NCBI RefSeq assembly: GCF_000143415.4
Contig: NW_003314323.1
Coordinates: 934,499 to 998,498 of the forward strand
Reading direction: 5' to 3'
DNA length: 64,000 bases
From: Selaginella moellendorffii
Lineage: Eukaryota > Plantae > Lycopodiophyta
Part shown: positions 47,107-57,754 of the stretch, in pieces
How the letters are laid out: each line of letters starts with the position of its first letter
How positions within the stretch are numbered: the stretch's first letter is position 1
Made by a program: the position numbers and the translations under genes
Notes under the pieces: generated by a model
What the model saw: the letters and a program-made list of their open reading frames with translations, nothing else
Databases searched by the model: none
Told to the model about the DNA's origin: nothing

Positions 47107-50100
47107 TTTGATATAAGAGAATGAGTTTAGCGAGTACTATATAATGAGATTGGGTAACTAGTCTCGTTGCATACGCAGAGATGAAAACGATGATCCAAGT
47201 GAGTACACGTTTGGGTGCAAAGGCTTCGCATTCATTCCTTGGGTATGGATTTTGGTTACCTTTTGTACCTATTATGTGAGCTTGCTCTTGGGCTCATAAG
47301 AGGGATTAAATTGTTCCATTTTAGCACGAGTTTACGCTTGGGCTCGTGAGTGAGGCACATTAGCAACTCAAAGTTACACTTTGGGTTGGCAGGATTAATG
47401 TTAGCCTATCGGTGGTTCCATAAGTTGTTCCATGTACCGTGGGTGAAAGTAAACCTTCCCTAAGTTTGTTATGAGTGGCAAATAGGCTAATCCGTAGCTG
47501 TTTAGCATGGCATTAGTAGATCCTTCCTAGGCATGATTACAAGTGGATCAACTAAGACTGTAGGGATTAGTCTATTGGTTCAAGTAATCATTGTCATGTT
47601 CTCTCATAAACTTTTCTTGGATTGGACTGAAAGCAGTGCAAACACAAGTTTGAAGTTTGGTCAAATATGAGACCAGAAAAAGAGTTGTCGGGGACAAAGG
47701 ATCAAACACATAAATCATCTTCTCTTCTTGAAGAGATGATTTGCAACGAAATGTTAACTCATTGCTCGTGTTCACATTATGCAATCAAAAGTCCCTACCT
47801 TAATGCATGTTGGAAATGATAATCTTGTAAATGGTGAGTCATGGGATGGATAACGGTGAAGCGCTAAACCATTTTGTCTAGGCTTGCTATTGGAAGATTT
47901 AGGTTGCAATGCTTAATTCTTTTTTGGGGAATTTTACTATTGCTCCTTGAGTAGCTTGGTGTTGAATTGGTTTTGAGTTTGGTCGGAAAGAGAGTGGCAT
48001 GAGCTTGTCCGTGTTGTGAACAAAAGTTAGTGGTGTTGAGTGTTGTAAATCTCTATCGGTGGGGTGTGGCATTTATATTGCATTTTGTCGAAACGAGTTG
48101 ACACTTGATACTCACATAAACCTTTGTAATAATGACATGGGCATTGCTCGTGGTGTTGCTTAATTGATGATCGAGTCATTGTGATTTTATATCATATCCA
48201 TGTGATAATGAGCAATGTGTTTACAAAGTTGCTTGGTTAAACGATGATCAACCCCAAAGTGGTTGATGGTGAAGCTAGTCTATTTGCACGAAGTAGTATT
48301 GTAGTAGCTTTGATTGGATTCTCAATGATGGTCCATTATGCTAAGTTTATGTTAGTTCCTTGTTCCTTGAAGGGTTTGCCCATAAGGTGTTGGAAAAAGG
48401 TTATAGCAATCGTTTGCTTTAACTCGTCAGTTGTTCCGTTAGCACTTGGAGTAAGTTATTGAATGGAAAAGGTGTGCAGTTGAGGCATTGACATCACTAG
48501 CATTTATGTTAGTGGAAGTGGCATTGTTATTTTGAGTGATAAGGATTTTCTTTAGAGCTTGATTTTCTATGTCATTTTTCTTGTTAGTGTTTGGGCTTCA
48601 CATTGGATCTTGAAGGTGGTTGAAAAAGAGTGTTAGTGCAATGTGAATATCTGAAGATGTGGTCTTCGTGATCAAGCATTGGATGTTCATTTTGCATTTT
48701 ACAGATGTCGGTATTGGATATCGGAAGTATGGGCAAAAAGATGTTCGATGTTTAAGCATACTGTGGGTCATGAGAATTGGTGTTGGAGTGAACTTATGTG
48801 AAGTTGTAGGTAGGAGGAAGTTGGTTGAGTTTTGAAAGTTTGCATTCTTGGATTGAGAGTCATTTTTTCTTTAGGATGGAAAATTTTCCACAAATTTTTT
48901 TAGGTTTTTCCAATGGCTGATTTGTTGATCACTTTGTCTGAAAACCATTCTGTTTTCGAAAGCCAATACAAACTAGTGAAGGGGTTAGAGTTGACTTCGG
49001 TTAACTTAGACCTTAGTAAGTAGTTTGTATGATACGACCCAAAAGGGATGTTGACTTTTGAAGCTAAGGCAATTAAGTTAGATAGAGTCTAGAGTTGGTG
49101 TAGAAAAGTGGCCGTTGCACTTTTCTAAGAAGGGTGCCTTTCTTTTATAGTATTATGCTTGGTGGCATGTTGTACTTTGCATTTCGTTAAACTCTATGAG
49201 ATTAGTGAGCTCTTACTAATCTTGACTTGGTCTTGGTGGGCCTGCGCCTTGACTGAGGATGGTGATGTCCAACTTAGTTGTTTGAGTTTGAGATGTTAGT
49301 ACCCATACTATAGTTTTGTCTATGAGGAGGTTGTGTACCGATATGAGTCCATCTTATGGTCTTCACTTAAGTTTCGACTGAGTGTTGATCATGCATAGCT
49401 AGCCTCTTCAAAAAGGCATGCTCAGAGCTGTTGACTAAACGCATTAGTGAGTTTATCGTGGTTGAGTTGGATTTGAGTGGTCATTTAGTTTGTGCTTGTC
49501 CATGAACCTTTATCTCGTACCTAGGGTATTACATTCATGTTGGACAAGTTTATGACTCAATGCGTGAGTTTAGTGTTTGGGTCTCGTGAAGGTAAATTGA
49601 AAGAGTGATTGTTAGTTGCTTTGCAATTAGTGATTACTTGTAGACTTTGTCAAGAACTTTTGACACTTGCTTCACTCGATGAAGATTTAGCAGTGATGGG
49701 CTTGTTTTACCGGAATTGTGTTGCGGAGGATCGTGTCATTAGACTTATATGGTTTTCCATGTTGGTATGTTGACTCTACCTTTGTCGATATCATTTTGTT
49801 GCATTTAGTTCGTAGTGTTGGATTTCATTGAGTCTTGGACGTGGTGAATCACTCCTTGATGAAGTGTTATCTATAACTGAGTTTTGCTAAAGAATTAGTC
49901 TTTGATATTGACTAAAGTATCTTTGACTTTGGTTAGCTTGGTTGCTAGAGAGCTTTGAGTGGTGATTTACTTTTGCTTTCTTCTAACTTTGCTTTAGTGT
50001 TGATGGCATAGAAGTGATGCTTTGTTGTTAGCAATATTGATGTTGAGATTTAAGTGAGATGAGATGTCTATCCTTAGGATTGATATTGAGTTTCATTACT

Positions 50101-52081
50101 CTCGATAGTGTTGATGATTTGGTTGTCACTTTGTGTTATTAGCATTCGCACATTTGCTAGTTAGCAACTATGTTGACGTTCAAACGAACTGAGTGGCAAA
50201 TTGAGTTAGTTGTGTTTTACAAGATTGTTTAGTAGAGGTTGAGTTTTGGCTTTTCCTTGAAAAGTGATTTAGTTGTGAATCATACTAGCTTTACGAGAGG
50301 AAGAGTTAGTGATCGATATTGAAATGATTGAATCCTTATTAGATTTGAGTTGAAATATATTAATCATTGATGATTCTTCTTGTGCTTATTATGAAGTGAG
50401 TTACGTCTTGCTATAGATGGATTTATGGAGGATCGTTTCGTGATCACTTGTTGAGCATAGCTCCATTGTGCTTGGCTTTTGGATTGATACAGATATGCTC
50501 TTCATTAGCTTTGCATTATGAAGTTTAACTTATGGATGTGTTAAGGAAAATATCGTGGGTTGTACCATGATTTCTTCTTTAGCACTGAAATTAGTTCATG
50601 CAAGATTTGTGATCATTGTTAGACAAAACTTGGCTATAGGCTTTTTCGAGTTTTTGGTTCTTTGAGTTTTCATGCTCATTGTCCCATTTGTTAGAAGTTG
50701 TTGGGGAAGGTATTTTGGCTCATTAGTTTCAATGTTGAAGTTGGCTTTTGCATCTAGCAATCATTGGTGATGATTGATTATCATCTAAGATAGTTGATTA
50801 TCCTTATCAAAAGGTTTTTGCTTAATTATTGTTGATATAGAATGATTTGTCATTCTTTGGGATGGTGGATTTTTTATTCAATGATGATTATGCATCACTG
50901 CATTGATGGGATGATCGATAATCTTTCATGATAGTTAGTTGTTCTTTTTGATGGTTTATGACTTTTCGCAATACCATATGTTTTTTGTGGTTTGCTCTGG
51001 ATTGGTCTCTTGGGTTTGCGACATCAGTAAGATGTTACTAACACTTGCTTAGGCAACTTGAGTTCCTTGGTGTTGTTGGTTGGGATCTATTCGGATTGGC
51101 TAGTGTGATAGTTAGCATGAATGAGTGTTTATTGGTCTTGCCACATTCATTCTGTTTTGTTGATTATTGCTCAAGTTAGTTTCAATAGATTAGAATGTTA
51201 TTTCTTTCAGGTGATACATTCGCGAGCATCTTGCTTGCCAGTCACTGATACTTTGTGTTCTTTGAGTTATCTTTCGTAAGTCGTTTGGCATTTTATCTGC
51301 AATCTTCAGTAGTTAAATTTTATCATTGAGTTTTTCTTGATGATACATTGGTTATTGAATTTTGTTGGATGGTGACTCCTATGTTTTTCCAAACATGATG
51401 ATCTTGGTGGTTCCTACACTATCATACTGGTTTATCGGATGATAACTTACTTGGAATACTTTTATGTTCTAATCTAAGATATATTCACTAATAATTAAGT
51501 CTCTAAGATATCATTGTCTATGACTTTGATATTGTCCATCTTTTAATCTTTGAGTTTGGGCCAGTATATGCAGCCTGGCTTTGGCACTTCGTGTGCATGT
51601 TGAAATCTCTAGTCATGGGGTAGCTACTGTCGACTGGTCACATAACCCGCCTCTTTGTCGATGTTCCTTATTCCGTTAAAAGGGCGTGATCGTGTAAATA
51701 ACTTTAACTACCTGTTTACAATAGTCTATCTAAACCTTACCGATAGGTTTGGTTTCTTTGCTTAGGAGGGTTGGGGCTTTTGGCTTCTCTCTCTATGTCC
51801 TTGTGGGTAGGGGCGTATCACACTTTTGTAAGCTGGGTGACTCCCAGAGCAACAAGGGTGGCTAACTTTGTTGGTCATTTCCTTGTCGGCGACAGCCGGA
51901 AGGTGTCTGAGCTAGTAGCGCATCCGCATTAGATAAAGAGGTTACCTCCTAACTCATTTAAGTTGGTGGATTTCTCACATAGTGTGAGCACCGTGAACTT
52001 TTTCTAGAGTTGTTTTCTTTGCGGTATTCTAGACTCGAGTATGCATCGACGAGGACGTCAATCTTCCCTAAGGGGGGCAAG

Positions 52082-53153
52082 TGTCGTGAATGTGATTTCG
52101 GGTATCGAAAGTTACATGTCAGCTAGTCCTTACGGACACTCTTACCTTACTGCCACGATAGCAGGAGGTCGGTATTGCTAGACCCTTTATTAGTCCCTCT
52201 TATTCAAGTGTTAGTAAACTAGACTTTGCATCTGTACTTGGCCGGATGAGCATAAGGACGGAATTCCTAAATGTCTATTTTGCCAAGCATATTTGGCCTG
52301 GCTTTTTAGTTCTCTTTTGCTTTGGCTTGATAAGAACCCTCGCGTATTGAGATTGGTCCCTTAATATTGCTGGATGATAGCTTACCGTGTTTGCCAAACA
52401 GCCTCTCTATTATGCCCTTTGTGTTAGTCTCATTTTGGTCCCAAATACTATTTATGGAAAGTGTCCAGATTTGCTCATTTGGCATATCTATAGAATGTAG
52501 AGATTGACCTGAACACAATGATGTTTATCCCGTGTCCAAATTCGCAATCTAGGGACATTCCATATTTAGTAAGTTTCGAATTTATCCTAGAGACTAACTC
52601 TTGATACTAAGGGAGGTTTAGGGTGAAAGCCCAAAGCGTGTGTTCCTCAAGAAGGGGGGGGATGTGGGTAAGTTAGGCATGGCCGACCAACTTGAGGCAT
52701 AGTCTAGCTCCCGCTTGCGTGCTTGTCCTTGTTTTGCATCCGGCATGGGTCTAAGCCCAAGTTCCACACCATGCTAGCTGGTGGAGTACCCATGTCCTCA
52801 CGTTAGGCCACCGGTATGCTAAAATAGCACTAGACTCCGTTTGGCTCCGTTTTGCGTGCTGGTCTTGGCATTGGGATGCTAGTTACTCTAGGACTGTTCC
52901 AAGTTGCTCTGGGCTCCTGTCCCTTCGCTCCTTGGGCTTTATGCTCGGGAGTTGTTTTGTGGTTCGGTTCCATCACTCCTTGGCTCCACGCTTGGGAGTT
53001 TGGCACCGTTCTTTTGTTTGGTGGCCCAAGGCCCCTAACCTCGGGTTCTGCACCACTGTCCTTTGGACACGTGGCATATGACATATGGCAAGTGTCACGT
53101 GGCATAAAGCGGGTTTAGTTTCCGCTTCATGGTGTTATCCTATGGTAAATCAC
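52082..53153 (+). repeat. 3' LTR (truncated)
   Basis: Direct repeat of 45967-47072; homology ends at ...ggtaaatcac. Confidence 0.9.
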
Positions 53154-53199
53154 TAGTCCCAGCCAAACACTACAATGAAAGAGTTTCCCATAGCAACAC

Positions 53200-54650
53200 C
53201 TTACCATCTTCATTTTAGCTCTTATTAAAAACCTCAAAGAGCAGTCCATGACTTAAATGAATATGGAGTGAATCCTAGGCTAACCTTCCAACCCTTAAGG
53301 CATAATGGCCTTAAATCCCAGAATATTCTTAAAACTTTTCTTGGGTTGTGTCTCCCCTCCCTCATGGATCAACCATGGACAGCAGTCTCAAAAAATTAAA
53401 TAAGCCTCATATGAAGGGAGTCTAAATCAATGGTCATGGAGAAAATATATGCAAACAACAACACTAACGTTGCGATAAATGACCATAAAAGAAAGAAAGA
53501 AATATGGCTTTCTCACATGACAATATGGTTACAGAAACAAGAGAATAAGAAAAGAATAAACAGCTCAAATTATATAACAATACTGCTATAGAACTCAATT
53601 CTCCCCTTCCTCATGAATGTTATCTAAGTCATAACCAAAAATCAAAAACATAAAAAATAATGTTATCTAAATCATAACCAACAATCAAAAATAAAAAAAT
53701 GTCATCCTCAATTTCCCATATAGCTTCATCCATAAAATAATTATTCCATTGAATTAACAACTCTTGAATTGTCTTACAGCATATTTTTACCAATCTTTGA
53801 GCAAGAATATTGGCTAAAATAACCTTCTTAGCATCAATCTCTAAGACTTAGATGATGAATTGATCCATGATATCACTAAAGTGCAAACATGTTTTAAGCT
53901 TGCTCACATAGAACATTGGATGAAACTTTAAACTAGCTGGTAAGTCCAAAGTGTAAGAAAGATCCCCCATGCACTATAAAATTATTTAAGGCCCACAATT
54001 CCATGGAGACAACTTAGCATTTCCTCCTCCTCTTAAAGATTGTTATGCATCTGATAACTTAAAGAAAACCTTATCACCAACTTTGTATGCTTGATAATGA
54101 CAATACTTATCAGCCAAACTCTTATTTCATTTTTGAGCTTGTCTCATATTTAACTTTGCCAACTAAAGTTAGTTTTGTATATCCTCTAGAAAATCACAAA
54201 CATGAGGCACTCAAACCAAAGCCAAACTTAAACTCACGAGAGATTTAGACTTATAACCATAGGCATGTTTAAATAACTATATTACAAAATAATACAAGCC
54301 ATTATTTTAAAAATCAATATAAAACACCATGACCTTAGCATAATTTAATAAGTAGATGATTGTTTGCCAGAACCCAAAACTTGTTAATAATCAAATCAAT
54401 CAGCAAAGAATTCTTCACCTTCTTGGTCATAGTGGCTAGGAAAAATAAAGATTAAGCAATTGTTCATGACGAGATCTAAATCATCATAAATATATCTAGT
54501 GATAATGACAATGACATCCACTTAATCTATATTGTGCATGGACCAAGTGAGGTCTTACTCACAAGCTAACTCAAGGTCACTTTGATTTCAACTGCATTGA
54601 AAAACACTCTTTGAAACAAGTATTGTTTTGCTATTAATAATTTTACATCT
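53200..54650 (-). mobile_element. AT-rich relic of a Ty3 integrase region
   Basis: Minus strand reads AYKVGDKVF (about 54065-54090), followed by KLSP..CGP (GPY/F module, about 53990-54015). Confidence 0.55.
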
Positions 54651-55293
54651 CAAAAGCTCTATTTCGTTAAAGTGGGAATTGTCATTATCCCACTTGTAAA
54701 ATAAGGTTTCCAAACCTTTATATAGTATATAAATATAACAAAATTCAACTGCATTGAGGCACATGCCATTTTATTTTAAACAAGGAAATGTCTACTCAAT
54801 CACTTCTCCTCCCCCTGCCACTGCTTCACCTCTCTCTTCTCCTTGTCATTGTCGTCCAATTTCTTTCTATCCTTTTAATATTGGCTCAGTTGCTCCGAGT
54901 CTAGGTGGAGCCCAAGTCCCCATTCAATCTTTACTTTCCCCTTATTAATAAAACAACTTCGTAGATTTCCAATAACATGCTGTAACACTTCTAGTATAAT
55001 GCAAATCCTCTCAAAGAATTGTCTTTTAATATTAATACAATGGCATGGAACCCCATGCCATAATAAGTTACATTTTTAAATAAATACATGCCATCTCAGA
55101 TTGTTATTTTTTGCCTCCAACGCCTATACAATAATCTTGGAATTTCATCACTCTCCACACTATCAGGATTTAAACCCAATAGTAATGCCATCTCTTCTCT
55201 AATACGTCCACGCTCATGTTCAGTGGTCGAAGAACCCATCCGGTTGAGCAGATTATGGAGATGCGGATAGTGCTTGGCTAGACAATATACATG

Positions 55294-55958
55294 CTATAAA
55301 TGATGACTGGTGTCTGTCCGATCAAATGGCTTCTGATATACCGTTCCATCTGCCATTTGGTTGATTTCTGCAGCCACCTCTTGGACTGGCCGGTTCTCTA
55401 TCACCATCGCTCCAAGCCGTTTTGCAAGGTCCCCCAGAACATACGGTTTCTTCTCCCTAGTTTCCATACTGCAAGAGATGGGGTGCACTGCATATGTGTG
55501 CGTGTTTGCTGCAGTTTTAATCGGCGAGTCATCGATGATGAGGATTTCACTTGACCTAGCAGTCCGGTTCATCACTACAGCCTCTGGCTTGATGAAGATG
55601 GGCTTGCTACCCCTCACATGGACCATAGTCAAGCAATCCTCCTGCGTTAGGAGAAAGTCAAATGGTAATATTACTCGCGTTTGATCGTGCATCATCTGTA
55701 GCAACATTAATGCATTGTGGCGCATCATGGATGTCCAAACTCCCAATTGCAAATTGAACCCGGCCCTCTGTTTTAAGTGTCGCATGGTCATTATTAGATC
55801 CCGCAGTTTCTCCCGTGTGATTAATGTGAATCTGTCTCTTTTGACCAACTTGCGACCGCAGGCTTTGGAGGGTGCAGTGACATTCGAGGACGAGCCACGC
55901 TCATGGGAGTAAAGGACACCGTTTAGATCAAAAACGATACAATACCTTCGCCGTGACT
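55294..55958 (-). CDS. FCP1/NIF-like HAD-superfamily phosphatase domain (probably a 3' exon of the large minus-strand gene)
   Basis: Motif I variant IVFDLNGVL, motif II LGVWTSMM, FDFLLTQEDC, KPIFIK, motif IV LIIDDSPIK. Preceded by a GT-AG intron (about 55959-56005) that joins in frame to ANIVD. Confidence 0.8.
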
Positions 55959-56924
55959 CTGAAATGAAATGCGTCAGCATAAAAAATGGTACAAGTCAAT
56001 TTTACCATCTACAATATTAGCGAATGGTGCTCCCGATGGTCGTTGAGAGGGTTTTGGTCGAGGAAACGAAGGGCGGAAATACTCTCCTCTGCAATGTGGG
56101 GTCAATCGCATCCGATGGCGTGTGGGCACATGCCATTTCAGCTGTAGACTCTGGTACAACTGGCTCAACAGTGGCATGGCGTGGTTCTGATGGCGTGTGA
56201 TCACACGCCATTTCAGCTGGTGCCTCCGTTGGCAAAGTGGACATGACCGAACAGGCAGCAGGGGCGGTGTAGGGAGGTTCCAACGGCGCGTAGTCAGACG
56301 ATTGGGCACACGTTGAGTCCGTTGGAAATGAGGATACGACCGGCTCGGCGGCTGGGGCGGCCTCATGCAGGTCCAATGGCGCCTGGTCACCGTCAGTTGG
56401 ATACGTGGACAAGATTGACTTAGTGGTATGGGCAGCATCAAGTGGAGCGTGGTTAGCTTGCTTGGCGTTGATATGGATAGTAGCCTCCACCAGCTCTGAT
56501 GACTCTTGCAGGCAAGTAGAGTCCACTGGCGGATCCATATGCATGTCCAAATATCTCCCTTCGATTGAGATGGTATCCTCCCTACTAGCTACTAAAAACA
56601 AACTCATTAGCACATTGAATCGACTATACTGTATTTACCATCAACTGCTATTGAGGAACTAGGACCGATATCACTTGGGCGCACTGCTGATTCTGAAGGA
56701 TTGGACATACGTTTCGACCCTTGCTTGGCACTATCCTTCCTCAACACTAAAGGCTAGAGTTTGTATCTTAATTCAACTGAATAATCTCTACTTACCATTT
56801 GCTCTGCGACCTACATGGACAATGTTAGAAATGGTAAAAGGTTAGGAATGGATGTACTATTATTTACCTGATGGTTTGTCTTGTATGACCTTCCTCCGCT
56901 GCTCTTTGGCCACCTCAGGCTGGC

Positions 56925-57100
56925 CATCGTCGTCATCATCGTCGTCGTCGTTATTGTGATCGTCACCATTGTGAGGACCATCCAAGTCCTCTTCATCCTC
57001 CTCTTCTTCGCCCTCCTCTTCTTTGTCCTCCTCTTCGTCCTTCTACTCTTCCTGCTCATTATCTTTCTCTGGCTCCTCATCCCCCTCCTGCATTTCTTCC
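56925..57100 (-). repeat. Acidic (GAG/GAC) low-complexity tract within the large minus-strand gene
   Basis: Reads EEMQEGDEEPEKDNEQEE*KDEEEDKEEEGEEEEDEEDLDGPHNGDDHNNDDDDDDD, with one premature TAG at 57043. Confidence 0.8.
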
Positions 57101-57754
57101 ATAGGCTGCTCAAGCTGGATGGCTTGTTCTTCCAGGACCATCTTGGGAAAATCATCTGGCCAAGTCTCCATCTCAAAATACAAGACATCCATAGCCTGTT
57201 TTAGTGCGTGACCTAGGACCGTATCCTCACCCGACTGTCTTAACATGGTTTCTGCACGTTCTTGCACCCTTTGAAGACAACAAGATGAGAAAAACGTGGC
57301 CCTGACTTGAAAAGCATCCCTCATCCATTGTACCTCTCCATTGAGATTGGGGAAGGGGAGTCCGCCATAGGAATCTGAGTCAGGAGGTGGTGACTGGCTG
57401 CTTTCGCACACACGCCATAACCGCGAGGCATTACCTATCATTTTTTCGTTGCCCTTCTTCCTTTTCGAATTAAACGCCTCTGATCCCGACGACTGTCCAA
57501 CGTGCTTTTGCTTTTTATGACCACTGTCAGTTTGAGCTTGGCTGGTGCTTGCCTGTTTTGCCTTTGAAGAAGTGTCTCCTGCAAGGAATGGCATGAGACC
57601 ACACGCCATTACAAATATAATTTGTACCTCCTTTTTTCCTATTGCTTGTCTGTTTGTCCTTCTTCACGCGCCACCAGTGCGCTTTTCAGTCCTCGTGTCT
57701 GAATATTCACAACGATCTATAATCAAAATGGCGTGAGGCCTCACATGACCTTAC

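Larger units (their letters stand above)
45967..53153 (+). mobile_element. LTR retrotransposon (Ty3-like, non-autonomous or decayed) with ~1.1-kb LTRs
   Basis: LTRs 45967-47106 and 52082-53153 (the 3' LTR lacks about 35 terminal bp). Decayed Met-type PBS tttgatataagag at 47107; PPT aaggggggcaag before 52082. The internal 5 kb has no intact ORF. Confidence 0.9.

Noticed and set aside
46492-53118. Paired ORFs 46722-47024 / 52830-53105 and 46771-46956 / 52852-53118
   Set aside because: They lie inside the two LTRs; their similarity just reflects LTR duplication.
47066-53152. Alternative LTR end at ...AAATCA in both LTRs
   Set aside because: It gives no TSD match, whereas 47106 gives a terminal inverted repeat and an adjacent PBS relic.
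54650-55040. Left terminus (TIR/CACTA end) of the putative palindrome-bearing element
   Set aside because: No convincing TIR or TSD is visible; only palindrome half-sites (about 54762 and 55086), so the boundary is not called.
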